Source: Leptospira interrogans serovar Manilae (GTDB lineage: Bacteria > Spirochaetota > Leptospiria > Leptospirales > Leptospiraceae). From it: a stretch of DNA of 64,000 nucleotides. A program made the position numbers and the translations under genes. Location of the stretch: contig CAMCZP010000011.1 in the NCBI GenBank assembly GCA_945887855.1, positions 2,466 through 66,465 of the forward strand, read 5' to 3'. Positions 46,987 through 56,916 of this stretch are shown here, one piece after another; the first letter of the stretch is position 1, and the number at the start of each line of letters is the position of its first letter. Below the pieces are notes generated by a model. The model saw only the letters and a program-made list of their open reading frames with translations, had not been told where the DNA came from and made no database searches.

Positions 46987-49515
46987 ATGCCAATAGATAC
47001 TTCCATTTCTAACCAAAAAATAGCAATCTCTCCCTCTCAATCCATGTTCGATGAGGGTGCATCCTGTAATTCTCTAAACCTAATCCATGAAGGATCCTAT
47101 GAAATTGAGAAGGTGTTTGACGGTGTGCTTATACCTATCTTAGAAAATTCAGGAAAAAATCTTACACCCGGCGTGGCTTGTTTATTTACCAATGAAAGGT
47201 ACCCTGTTAAAATTATCTCCAAATCAGAGGGACTACTTTCTACATACCAAATTACAAGATCCACTATAAAGAAAAATATAATGAGTAAAGCTTCATTGGG
47301 TGTTGCTATTTCAAAAACTCTACTCAAAGAAGTACTTGAAATACAAAAAAAAGCAACTGTGATTCATGCGTTAAATGTGAAAACGGAACGTATTGTAGAC
47401 AATCTTTCCGCTTCCTATTTTGCACTTTACCACGATGCCTTCAAAGATATAAATCCAAAGAAGTACGTTTGGACAGAAGAAGATCCCGAGCATGATCCTA
47501 CAAACCGTTTGATAAAAAAAACAATAAGCACCTATATAGAAAGGGGTGGTGATCCTGAGATAAAACCTACAAAAGCCTTTTTAAGTGCAACACATCCTGA
47601 TCTTTTTAAAAAATCATATTCAGAAAAAATTAGCTTTGATGATAAAGAATTTGTATTAATTCGAAAAATGCTTTCTCTCGCCCAACCATTACAAAATACA
47701 ATTTACGAAGCTGATATTACTATCCTTATTCAACTTTGTGAAAAACTCACAGAATCTTTCTATCATGGTTTGGATGCAATTGAAGAATCATCCAAACAAC
47801 TCCACTCCAGCTTAAAGGTATTAATTGGTCAAAATGGAATATTAGATAAATTTATAACACTCTTAGATCTGTACAACACAGGTGGGCTTCATAAAAAATC
47901 AGAAGATCTCCTGCCCGTATTTGAATTTATATTAAATGATGCCACACCCATTATAGAAACTTATAAATCAATTTTTCACAAGGATTATACTTTGGTTTCT
48001 GAAAAGTTTCCTTCTCTAAAAGAAAAAATCTCCAAGCTCCAACAAAAAATTGATCATGCACAAATAGAAACTCATGAAAGTACTACAACCACTGAATCAA
48101 CCATAGTCCAAGAGGATAATACCGCTATTTTGGCAGCTCTTGAAAACTCATCTTCAAAGATTATGAATTATGCAGAATTGCCCCAAGACCAAATTAGGGA
48201 GTATTCAGCACTTATCTTAAAATTAAAATCTCTAAAAAATCCTTTAGATCCAGAGCAGGATGCTAGAGTGATACGTAAAAATCTTACTAAGATCTATTGG
48301 GATGCCTATAAGGCTTCTGTTGATAAATTCAACAAGAGCCCAAACTCAGCACCGAAAAGTGTAGAACTTATGTTAAAATTTGGTTTTTTTGATGAAACCC
48401 TTTTAGCACCCAAAAACCAAGTCTTCTTACACAATTTCAAAGACCAAATTGATCCGGATGCTGATGTTCCCCTACATCGGGGATCCGATTGGTTAAATAA
48501 GGTCACCTATAAGAAAATTCCCCCATCAATTTCAGAATTAGGGGAAACTTATTTTGATAAAATCAAAAGTGAAAGCAAGGATGTTTTGTACAAAAAGGAA
48601 TCCGATGTTCCGGACTCAGTTGATACTTATATGAGAAGACTGGGGTACGAAATGGAGTCTATGTACCAACCCAATGTTAGGTTGGTAACTGGAAATCCAT
48701 CCACTTTTTTACCCATCCTTACGGATGCTCATATCATCACTCCATTGGATAAATGTACCCTAACGCACCAAAATCTAAAAGAAGCAATACACCAAATCAT
48801 CTCCATAGATTACACCGCATTCAATCGTGAGGCTGTTTATAACAATGAAAGCGAAGGTATTCTAAGGGAACTCATCCAAACATCCGTAATACCTGATTTT
48901 ATCAGTGTTCCCTCGATCGGGACTAAGATAATGATGTGGCAGGATTTAGGTGTGACTAGGGGAGCGGGCTCAAAAGAGACACGCGGGAGAATCATCTTAC
49001 CCATTTTTATTCAGGGAGACTTAAAAACTATGCTCACGGAAGCAATAGCAGCTTTTAGATGGGAACTCTGCAAAACTATATTAGGTGTTGATTGGAACAA
49101 TGTAGGAGTGCCATCCTTAACTTCGGAGTACACAGATTATGTGATGTTTTATAAAAAAAACAAAGATCTCTCTATAGAATTAAAAGAAAAAATCGCAATA
49201 GAATTCAAACGGTTTAGAACAGATAGGGATAAATTCGTCAATGACTATGTTTTGTGGCTTAAATATGAAAGTGAAGGTATACAAAAATTAAATAGGGTCG
49301 TCAGAGGTATGTTTTATAAGTATATACCCTTCCAAAAAATCATTCGGGACAAGATTTCTACCCAACCCGCGTTTTCTGATATTCACACCCGCTTTGTAAA
49401 CATTAGAGGAAGACAGTATCGAGAACTAGAAGCTAAATACAAAAAATACCAAGAATCCCATGGAGGGGTTATCCCACAAAAAATCCAGGCAAATCTAGAT
49501 TTTTACAAAGTTTAG
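46987..49515 (+). CDS. Large hypothetical protein with an N-terminal cNMP-binding-like beta-barrel
   Basis: 842 aa. Roughly the first 110 residues resemble a cyclic-nucleotide-binding fold (MFDEGASCNSLNLIHEGSYEIEKV) but lack a clear phosphate-binding cassette. The rest is helical with no recognised motif. Confidence 0.45.
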   Translation: MPIDTSISNQKIAISPSQSMFDEGASCNSLNLIHEGSYEIEKVFDGVLIPILENSGKNLTPGVACLFTNERYPVKIISKSEGLLSTYQITRSTIKKNIMSKASLGVAISKTLLKEVLEIQKKATVIHALNVKTERIVDNLSASYFALYHDAFKDINPKKYVWTEEDPEHDPTNRLIKKTISTYIERGGDPEIKPTKAFLSATHPDLFKKSYSEKISFDDKEFVLIRKMLSLAQPLQNTIYEADITILIQLCEKLTESFYHGLDAIEESSKQLHSSLKVLIGQNGILDKFITLLDLYNTGGLHKKSEDLLPVFEFILNDATPIIETYKSIFHKDYTLVSEKFPSLKEKISKLQQKIDHAQIETHESTTTTESTIVQEDNTAILAALENSSSKIMNYAELPQDQIREYSALILKLKSLKNPLDPEQDARVIRKNLTKIYWDAYKASVDKFNKSPNSAPKSVELMLKFGFFDETLLAPKNQVFLHNFKDQIDPDADVPLHRGSDWLNKVTYKKIPPSISELGETYFDKIKSESKDVLYKKESDVPDSVDTYMRRLGYEMESMYQPNVRLVTGNPSTFLPILTDAHIITPLDKCTLTHQNLKEAIHQIISIDYTAFNREAVYNNESEGILRELIQTSVIPDFISVPSIGTKIMMWQDLGVTRGAGSKETRGRIILPIFIQGDLKTMLTEAIAAFRWELCKTILGVDWNNVGVPSLTSEYTDYVMFYKKNKDLSIELKEKIAIEFKRFRTDRDKFVNDYVLWLKYESEGIQKLNRVVRGMFYKYIPFQKIIRDKISTQPAFSDIHTRFVNIRGRQYRELEAKYKKYQESHGGVIPQKIQANLDFYKV

Positions 49516-49519
49516 TTAT

Positions 49520-50203
49520 TTATACATGTTCGGATAGGTATGATTTTGTGTATTCACGGATGATATCCACCACAAACCTACCCCAACTCTTCGGATCTTC
49601 GGTGATTGCCACTTGTTTGATCTTAGGAAAATATCCCACTGGTTTGTATTCGCTGTGTGTTAGTTCAAGTACCCTAAGGTAGTTGTCTATACGCTTCACA
49701 CGAACAAAATTAATAATTTCGGTTTGGATCCTTTCTTTTGGGATATAACCAATGATGATAAGCTTTGGAAAGAGGGCTTTTTTTAGATGATTGATAAAGT
49801 CTGTAAAGCTATCTACCCGATCTATAAAACCTTCATAGGCACCGCCACCTAGGTTCATGATTTGGGTGACAATATCCATAGTGAGGGTGACGCCTTCCAT
49901 TGTGGTCATGTCAGAGATTATGACAATACCTTCATCAGGCTGAAATATTTTAAATACAGTATCCGGTTTAAACTTTCGACGAAGTAACATGGAAGCAGAA
50001 AGGTCTATTTCGCCAGCTTTCTGGAGAATTATTTTTCCTACATTGTCACGAATATTTTCACGACTGATGATAAACCGTTTTTTAGCGGCATTTTGGTTCA
50101 TAACACGAAATGCTTTAACCTTTTCTTCAATTTCGAAAAGACTATTATAACCAATCTTTAGAATATTTTCTCTACTTTTCTTGTTGTATTCTGATTCTTC
50201 CAT
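49520..50203 (-). CDS. Hypothetical protein
   Basis: 227-aa ORF with no motif recognised. It lies 88 nt downstream of the ATP-grasp gene on the same strand. Confidence 0.4.
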   Translation of the reverse strand: MEESEYNKKSRENILKIGYNSLFEIEEKVKAFRVMNQNAAKKRFIISRENIRDNVGKIILQKAGEIDLSASMLLRRKFKPDTVFKIFQPDEGIVIISDMTTMEGVTLTMDIVTQIMNLGGGAYEGFIDRVDSFTDFINHLKKALFPKLIIIGYIPKERIQTEIINFVRVKRIDNYLRVLELTHSEYKPVGYFPKIKQVAITEDPKSWGRFVVDIIREYTKSYLSEHV

Positions 50204-50291
50204 GTTTAGAGATTGATCGCCTTTATAATCTGTTTATAATTGAGAAAAATGGAAAGTAATTTTTTAGTTTGTTTAGTATTTTTTACAATTC

Positions 50292-51311
50292 TCATTTCAC
50301 AAACTCTCTGCCATAAAACCTAGATGCTTTTTCATACTCTACAATAGAAATATTCAGTATTTCCTTTATCATTTCCTTGTAGGATTCTAAACCATCTCCA
50401 TAACTTATCGGAAAAGAACTGTAAAAAGGTGATAACCCTGGAGTTAGATTTATTTCTAAAAATCTGGGAGTCCCCTCTTTGTCCAACTTCCAGTCTGCCC
50501 TTCCAAAACCAAAAAATCCTAATTTATCAGCCAGTCTGGATGTTCCATCTGGTATCAGGCTTAGATTTACTGGATCCTTAGGAATTATTTTTTCAGGCAT
50601 ATAGTTTTTTGATTTTGAATCCTGGCCATACACACCCTCTATCTGGACCTGACAAAGTCTCAGAGTTCGCACATTTTCTTTGCTGCCAATGATGCCTATT
50701 GTGTATTCCTCGCCGGGTAGATACTCTTCCAATAGGATAGGAAAAAATACATCGGGTGTTTGGTCAATAGTTACCTTAAGTTCTGAGGAATTTAGTACAA
50801 TTGAGGATTTGTTTATTCCCAGCGAGGAACCTTCAGAGTTGGGTTTTGCAAATAGAGGAAAATCGAACTCTGGAATCTGGGGAATTTTATCTTTAGAAAC
50901 ACAGAGATAAGAGTTAGGAGTGGGAATACCTAAAGAGCGGGCAATTGATTTAGTGAGATCTTTATCAAGCGTAATACACTGAAGATAGCTATCAGAACCT
51001 GTATACGGGAAACCTAAAAATTCTGCTAAGTTAGGGATATAACCTTCTCGATTTCTGGAATAAAATCCTTCCACCAAGTTCCAAAGTATGGTATTTGGTC
51101 TTTGTTTTTTTTTTATTTCCGATGTAAGACGATCCAGTAGTTTACTTTTATCATGAAAAGGTGCGTATATCTCTACTTTAAAACCAAGGTCATACAAAGT
51201 ATCTCGTATATATTCAACAGAATGCTTGCTTTCCCATTCCTGATAAAGTACATTTTCTTGAATTTCTAATTCTGGATAAATATCACAGATCAAAAAGACA
51301 GTTCCCTTCAT
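50292..51311 (-). CDS. ATP-grasp ligase, D-alanine--D-alanine ligase-like (divergent)
   Basis: 339 aa. [15 protein letters not shown] and [27 protein letters not shown] match the Ddl C-terminal ATP-grasp blocks, but the N-terminus lacks the classical GGxSxE block. Confidence 0.7.
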   Translation of the reverse strand: MKGTVFLICDIYPELEIQENVLYQEWESKHSVEYIRDTLYDLGFKVEIYAPFHDKSKLLDRLTSEIKKKQRPNTILWNLVEGFYSRNREGYIPNLAEFLGFPYTGSDSYLQCITLDKDLTKSIARSLGIPTPNSYLCVSKDKIPQIPEFDFPLFAKPNSEGSSLGINKSSIVLNSSELKVTIDQTPDVFFPILLEEYLPGEEYTIGIIGSKENVRTLRLCQVQIEGVYGQDSKSKNYMPEKIIPKDPVNLSLIPDGTSRLADKLGFFGFGRADWKLDKEGTPRFLEINLTPGLSPFYSSFPISYGDGLESYKEMIKEILNISIVEYEKASRFYGREFVK

Positions 51312-52552
51312 TTGATTTCATTGTAATGGGTATTCTTTCTAACATCGTTCCATATAGTTTCAGGAATCTCCCGATATGAGTTATCATATTCAGAGTCAAT
51401 AGGTTCGGGGCTCAAATGATAGGTTCCTCTGAGTGCAGATTTGAAAACATGGTTTCTGGTACCCTTATGGAATCCTACATACCAATCTGGACTTAGAGTG
51501 ACCTTTCCCCCTCCCCCGGGTAGATCATTTACAAATTGAGGTATTCCCATCCCTCCTATTTTTCCCCTCATGTACTCAATGATTTCCAATCCCTTTGCCA
51601 ATGGAGTACGAAATCCCCTTGAGCCCGGTATCAGTTCGGGATCATACATATAATAAGCCCTTACTCTCATTTCTAATAACTTCCTATGAAGAGCGAGCAT
51701 TTCTTCACCTGAATCATTGATCCCTTTTAAAATAACGCATTGATTCCCAACACTTATTCCCACTTTCAAAAGCTTTAAAATAGATTGCTTTGCTTCCTGG
51801 GTACATTCTTTTACATGATTAAATTGCGTATTACAAAAAATACTCAGTTTATCTGTATTATATTTTTCTAAAATATGCAAGAGCATTGGTGTGATTCTAA
51901 AGGGAAGAGTTACTGGATTTCTTGTGCCAATTCTACAAATTTTTATACTTTCAATTTGTTCTAAATTTTTTAAAATATACTCAATCCGAGAATCACTTAA
52001 GTTTAAAGGATCTCCTCCTGATATCACAACATCTGATACTTCAGGAGTATTTCTTAAGTATTCAAAACAAAGATCTAAATCCTCTCCTGACATTCTCTCA
52101 TTGTTAAATGATACTTTTCTTCCTCTCATGCAGTGTCTGCAATAAACAGAACACTCCTGATTTGAAAATAAAAGAACACGATCATCGTACATTCTCGTAA
52201 GTCCACGTACAACAGATAATCTTTCTTCATGCAAGGGATCAGGACTTTCTTCTGGAGCAAAAAATGTTTCTTCCTCAGTGGGAACTATCATTCTTCGAAT
52301 AGGACAATTGGGATTATATGGATCGGATAGTAAAAGGTAGTACGGTGTGGTACCTACATTTAATCTAATAGATTTTTCAATACCAATGATTTCAGAAGGA
52401 GTCAATTCAAAGTATTGATTTAAATCATTTCCCTTAATTCTATTTTTTAATTGGAATTGGGTTGTATTGAAGTCAGGATTTACTTTGAGTGCTTCGCGGT
52501 TTCTCTCAATGAGAGAAACATTAGTTATCATCTTCTTCAGATTCACCTCCAT
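51308..52552 (-). CDS. KamA-family radical SAM amino-acid 2,3-aminomutase
   Basis: 414 aa. CSVYCRHC (CxxxCxxC), VISGGDPL and the PLP-lysine block NDLPGGGGK. Confidence 0.85.
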   Translation of the reverse strand: MEVNLKKMITNVSLIERNREALKVNPDFNTTQFQLKNRIKGNDLNQYFELTPSEIIGIEKSIRLNVGTTPYYLLLSDPYNPNCPIRRMIVPTEEETFFAPEESPDPLHEERLSVVRGLTRMYDDRVLLFSNQECSVYCRHCMRGRKVSFNNERMSGEDLDLCFEYLRNTPEVSDVVISGGDPLNLSDSRIEYILKNLEQIESIKICRIGTRNPVTLPFRITPMLLHILEKYNTDKLSIFCNTQFNHVKECTQEAKQSILKLLKVGISVGNQCVILKGINDSGEEMLALHRKLLEMRVRAYYMYDPELIPGSRGFRTPLAKGLEIIEYMRGKIGGMGIPQFVNDLPGGGGKVTLSPDWYVGFHKGTRNHVFKSALRGTYHLSPEPIDSEYDNSYREIPETIWNDVRKNTHYNEIK

Positions 52553-52970
52553 TTTCCTTTGCCCAATTGATTAAAATTTGTTTTTTTTCGGGTGAAAGAT
52601 TTGCATCTCTATGAATAAGTGTATAACCAAATAAAGGCATTTCATCCGTTTCAATATCCTCTATCATACTTCTAAATTTTGATCTTTTCTTTGAATCTGA
52701 CAGTTCTTCAAATGTAGAAAAGTTCATTTCTTCCCTACCCTCTTTTATGTGGTTACTTATGACGATAGATATTGGAAAAATATAAGAGTAGAATGGATAT
52801 TTTGTTTCATAAGAATGACAATCATAGCAAGAAGTTCTAAGAATCTCTTTTACTTCTTCAGGTGCAATGATTTCTGCTGTAACCACTCCTCTGGATCTAT
52901 CAATCGGTATGAGGGATAGAAGAAATATGGATATAGGAACGAGAATAACTGCAAGTAATATATGTTTCAT
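52521..52970 (-). CDS. Membrane-anchored haem-binding-domain (Haem_bd-like) protein
   Basis: 149 aa. N-terminal TM helix, then [20 protein letters not shown] (CXXCH) and MPLFGY. Confidence 0.65.
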   Translation of the reverse strand: MKHILLAVILVPISIFLLSLIPIDRSRGVVTAEIIAPEEVKEILRTSCYDCHSYETKYPFYSYIFPISIVISNHIKEGREEMNFSTFEELSDSKKRSKFRSMIEDIETDEMPLFGYTLIHRDANLSPEKKQILINWAKENGGESEEDDN

Positions 52971-53626
52971 TTTATTTCTACCCTATGAATTTCATTTAAT
53001 TCAACTTTCCAATTTTTTATAATAGAGTTTAATAAATTCAATTGGATTTCACCTTCTTTACCTTCAATGGAAATTGAGTCTATATTAGCTGTTTCAAAAT
53101 TTTCTAATTGTTTTACTTTTAATGGATCCAAACTAATTCTAAATATTTCAAATTCTTCGATCACTTCTTTTTTTATAGCCTCTTCCCTTACATAGAATGG
53201 CTTTACAATACTCAATGTTATCTTACTTATTTTTCGTTTAGATGATAATTTGATAATTTTCAATCCATAAAATGCGGTTAGGAGATGCATTTCTCTTTCA
53301 AATGATTCCTGTGAACGAAAAGAGAGAGCACTTGTCCCACCAAATTCCAAAGAAAGCAAAATCCCTTCTGGAGTCTTTTCTACTTTTGATTCTTTGTATA
53401 AATCTTTGAGGACTTTTTTAGAGAGATCAACTAAAAAGATTTCATCCGGTAATTTTAAAGTATCTTCCAAGCCCAATGATTCTTTGGGTTTTTTTTCGCA
53501 GGCATTGAATCCCATATATAAAATTAGGAGTATTGTCATTGTTCGATACATACTTTCCCTCCAGCCCAATTCTAAATATTTAGAATGTATGTATTTCACG
53601 CTACTGCAAAAACTTTCTTTTTCCAT
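52967..53626 (-). CDS. Hypothetical lipoprotein
   Basis: 219-aa ORF. The probable start is MYRTMTILLILYMGFNAC at 53551 (lipobox). ATGA overlap with the downstream gene. Confidence 0.4.
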   Translation of the reverse strand: MEKESFCSSVKYIHSKYLELGWRESMYRTMTILLILYMGFNACEKKPKESLGLEDTLKLPDEIFLVDLSKKVLKDLYKESKVEKTPEGILLSLEFGGTSALSFRSQESFEREMHLLTAFYGLKIIKLSSKRKISKITLSIVKPFYVREEAIKKEVIEEFEIFRISLDPLKVKQLENFETANIDSISIEGKEGEIQLNLLNSIIKNWKVELNEIHRVEIK

Positions 53627-53696
53627 CTAAAATCAGAAAAAAGCTAAGGAAATTTTTCCAATGTTTTTTCTTACTCACCATTCGTAATCCTATGTA

Positions 53697-54224
53697 TTGG
53701 TTGCTTTTTTTGGAGTGATTGGTAAATTGATATGTATGGAATGTATCTGGCAAGTAGGTGTAGTATGTAAAGAGTCACTTGTAAATTCTCCCTTTTTCTA
53801 TTGGATCATTGCAGGCTTTAGTTTGGTTTTTTTGGAATTTTTTGTTCCGGGGATATTTATAATTTTTTTGGGGTTGGGGGCTATTTTCACCGGTGTTGTT
53901 GTTTTGGTTTCTCCCATCCAAATGGGTACCCAAATTTTAGTTTGGGTTTTGTCTTCTGGATTGATAATTCTCGTTGCCAGTCAATTTTTAAAAAATTTTT
54001 TTCCGTCTGATGAAAGCTATGCAGAAAGTGCCAATAAAGATGACTACATTGGAAAAACAGTACTAGTTGTGAAAAGAGTAGAACCCGGGTCAAAAGAAGG
54101 AAGAGTACAGCTCCAGGGAACTGAATGGTATGCTACTTCCATCAATCACACCCTAGAGATTGGTGAAAATGCAAAAGTATATGACCGAGAAAATTTATTG
54201 CTTATTATTGAAAAAAGTGAATAA
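53697..54224 (+). CDS. NfeD-family membrane protein
   Basis: TTG start as tracked, with an alternative ATG at 53736. TM helices WIIAGFSLVFLEFFVPG... are followed by a C-terminal OB-like segment GKTVLVVKRVEPGSKEGRVQLQGTEWYA. Confidence 0.7.
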   Translation: MVAFFGVIGKLICMECIWQVGVVCKESLVNSPFFYWIIAGFSLVFLEFFVPGIFIIFLGLGAIFTGVVVLVSPIQMGTQILVWVLSSGLIILVASQFLKNFFPSDESYAESANKDDYIGKTVLVVKRVEPGSKEGRVQLQGTEWYATSINHTLEIGENAKVYDRENLLLIIEKSE

Positions 54225-54262
54225 ATATACTCAAATAAATTTAAATTAAAGAGTTACATAAA

Positions 54263-55207
54263 ATGGACAATATCTTAACTATTTTTAGTATAATAATAAT
54301 TATAATTATACTAAAAACCATCATTATTACGCCCGAAAAGTATGCATTTATTTTAGAACGATTCGGAAAATTCAACAGAACCTTAGAAGCGGGGTACCAC
54401 TTTGCTATTCCTTTTGTAGATGTAGTGAGATATAAACATACCCTCAAAGAGTTAGCATATGATGTGCCTCCACAAGAATGTATTACGAAAGATAACGTTC
54501 CTGTGGAAGTTGATGGAATCTTGTACTTAAAGGTAATTGATCCTTATAAAGCTAGTTATGGTATTGATAACTATCTTTTGGCTACCACCCAACTTGCTAA
54601 AACTACCCTTCGAGCAGAGATTGGAAAATTAAATTTGGATGCAACATTTTCCGAAAGAGACTCTATCAATAGTAAAGTTGTAGCACAGATAGACAATGCT
54701 ACCGATCCATGGGGCTTAAAGGTAACCAGGTATGAAATAAAAAATATTTCACCACCCAAGCAGGTCTTAAATTCCATGGAGCAACAAATGCGGGCTGAAA
54801 GAGAAAAAAGAGCAGAAATCACAATCTCAGAGGGGGAAAGGGCTTCTAGAATCAATCGCTCCATAGGGGAAAAACAAGAAGCAATTAATATTTCAGAGGG
54901 TGAGAAGATCAAGAGAATCAATGAGGCAAATGGAAAGGCAGCCGAGATAGAATTCATTTCACTAGCTACCGCAAATGGTCTAAAATTGATAGGGGCTGCT
55001 ATATCAAAAGACGGAGGAAAAGATGCGGTGGATCTCCAAATAGCCCAAGGGTATCTAGAAGGTTTGGGGAAAATATTTACATCCTCTAAAACAACCGTGC
55101 TTCCTCCCAACCTTGCAGGAATTGTGGGAGTATTTGAAGGATTATCAAAAGTCACAAACAAAATACCATCTATCCAACAAAACCCAAATCGTGGAGAAAA
55201 AAAATGA
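54263..55207 (+). CDS. SPFH/Band-7 (stomatin/paraslipin-like) protein, copy 1
   Basis: 314 aa. N-terminal TM helix, an SPFH core (ERFGKF..LEAGYHFAIPFVD...TKDNVPVEVDG.LYLKV.DPYKASYG) and a coiled C-terminal region. Confidence 0.9.
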   Translation: MDNILTIFSIIIIIIILKTIIITPEKYAFILERFGKFNRTLEAGYHFAIPFVDVVRYKHTLKELAYDVPPQECITKDNVPVEVDGILYLKVIDPYKASYGIDNYLLATTQLAKTTLRAEIGKLNLDATFSERDSINSKVVAQIDNATDPWGLKVTRYEIKNISPPKQVLNSMEQQMRAEREKRAEITISEGERASRINRSIGEKQEAINISEGEKIKRINEANGKAAEIEFISLATANGLKLIGAAISKDGGKDAVDLQIAQGYLEGLGKIFTSSKTTVLPPNLAGIVGVFEGLSKVTNKIPSIQQNPNRGEKK

Positions 55208-56127
55208 GCCTATCTTTAATTGTATGGTCACTTGGAATTTTTTATGTTGCATTTAAGTTTGTCAGAAGCATTCGAATTGTCAATGCCCAAGAAGTATTGA
55301 TTGTTGAACGCTTGGGAAAGTACAACCAAACTCTTGAAGCTGGATTACATTTTCTAATCCCTTTTATAGATAATATCACTTATAAACATATACTAAAAGA
55401 ACAGGCAATAGAAGTTCAACCTCAGATTTGTATAACAAGAGATAATGTCCAAGTCAAGGTAGATGGTGTACTCTACATAAAAGTAATGGATCCTTACAAA
55501 GCAAGTTATGGAATAGAGGATTATAAATTTGCTTCCATCCAGCTATCCCAAACAACCATGAGAGCAGTCATTGGGACAATGGATTTAGATGAAACCTTTG
55601 AAGCAAGGGAGATAATAAATCATAGAATTGTTGAAGTAGTTGAGGCAGCAGCAGATCTTTGGGGAATCAAACTAAATCGATACGAAATACAGAATCTCAC
55701 ACCTCCCAAATCGGTTTTAGAATCAATGGAAAAACAAAAAACTGCCGAACTTAACAAAAAAGCAGATATATCAATGTCAGAGGGTGACAGGGATTCGAAA
55801 ATCAATAAGTCCCAGGGTTTGAAAGAAGAGGCAATCAATAAGTCAGAAGGAGAAAAACAAAAGAGAATCAACGAGGCAGAAGGAAAGGCAAAAGAAATAG
55901 AGGCGATTACCACCGCAACCGCGAAAGGAATTGAAACAATTGCAGGAGCAATTAGGTCTAAGGGCGGGAATGAAGCAATCCGTCTTCAAATAGCACAAAA
56001 TTTTATCTCACAATTTGTTCATCTAGCAAAAAACAACACAGAGGTTGTGCTTCCAATTGATTTAACCGATATTGAAAATGTGACCAATGCATTTGTAGGG
56101 CAGATGTCCAATAAAAAAGATTCATAG
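55204..56127 (+). CDS. SPFH/Band-7 (stomatin/paraslipin-like) protein, copy 2
   Basis: 307 aa, clearly paralogous to copy 1 over its full length. ATGA overlap at 55204-55207. Confidence 0.9.
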   Translation: MSLSLIVWSLGIFYVAFKFVRSIRIVNAQEVLIVERLGKYNQTLEAGLHFLIPFIDNITYKHILKEQAIEVQPQICITRDNVQVKVDGVLYIKVMDPYKASYGIEDYKFASIQLSQTTMRAVIGTMDLDETFEAREIINHRIVEVVEAAADLWGIKLNRYEIQNLTPPKSVLESMEKQKTAELNKKADISMSEGDRDSKINKSQGLKEEAINKSEGEKQKRINEAEGKAKEIEAITTATAKGIETIAGAIRSKGGNEAIRLQIAQNFISQFVHLAKNNTEVVLPIDLTDIENVTNAFVGQMSNKKDS

Positions 56128-56136
56128 AGGATTCGT

Positions 56137-56916
56137 ATGGCACTCTCTTCCGATCAAATAACAGAACTAAAAAGATTTCAAAAAATTTTAAACCAATTGG
56201 ATAAAATCAGTTCTGTTTCAAACAGTGAAGATCAAAAGAAGAGAGTTTCCAAAGAAATTCAAAAGTACAAAGCTAAAGTTCTTGTTATCTCACCAAGTGG
56301 AATTCCTGATACAATCCAGTCTATTTCGAAATCTGACCTTCATTCAGACGATTCCAATAATTCAAAAAATAAAAAAGATAACCAACAGTCAATTTTTGAT
56401 AATTTAGTTGTGATGAGACTTTGTCCTCACTCCACTGATCCCGAGATCAATCTTCTCTCCACTCTCATCAATCTCTTCGAAATTGAATATATTCCTGTCA
56501 TAAGTGATGCACATATAAAGTTTGATTTTTCAACATTAAGCGAAAGAAATTCAGTGATTAAGTTATTTGAAAATATTAAAAGAACCATTAAAGTATTAAT
56601 TGAAACCATAGAAGAATATGCATCCACCGATAAACAGGAATTTAAAGAACAGATGGGAAGGATGAAGAATAAACAATCCAGAGTATTTATTTCTGAAGCT
56701 TCTGAACTTTTTAAAAGCATGAAAACATTTGTAGATAAAATCCTTCATGATATATCAGAAGGTGAAAACATAATTAATAATTTAGAAGAAGTCATACGTT
56801 TTAATCCGAAAACAGAAAGTGCAACACTTTTACAGGGAAAAAAAATAAAATACGCCCTCGAAGAAATAAGTACTTTTTTAGAAACAGCACTAGACAATAT
56901 TTCCATCCCAAAATGA
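56137..56916 (+). CDS. Hypothetical helical protein
   Basis: 259-aa ORF, 9 nt after SPFH copy 2, with an ATGA overlap onto pdxA. No motif recognised. Confidence 0.4.
   Translation: MALSSDQITELKRFQKILNQLDKISSVSNSEDQKKRVSKEIQKYKAKVLVISPSGIPDTIQSISKSDLHSDDSNNSKNKKDNQQSIFDNLVVMRLCPHSTDPEINLLSTLINLFEIEYIPVISDAHIKFDFSTLSERNSVIKLFENIKRTIKVLIETIEEYASTDKQEFKEQMGRMKNKQSRVFISEASELFKSMKTFVDKILHDISEGENIINNLEEVIRFNPKTESATLLQGKKIKYALEEISTFLETALDNISIPK

Noticed and set aside
46987-50203. Pycsar/CBASS-like defence pair (cNMP-binding effector plus cyclase)
   Set aside because: The neighbouring 227-aa protein shows no class III cyclase or CD-NTase motifs and is convergently oriented. The cNMP-like domain lacks a phosphate-binding cassette. 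No other defence genes are nearby.
54571-55161. 196-aa ORF antisense to SPFH copy 1, and the similar 97-aa ORF at 55620-55913 antisense to copy 2
   Set aside because: Both lie entirely inside, and opposite to, genes with strong full-length family signatures. The translations are low-complexity (Ser/Ile/Phe-rich), as expected from reading a Glu/Lys/Ala-rich coiled-coil region backwards.
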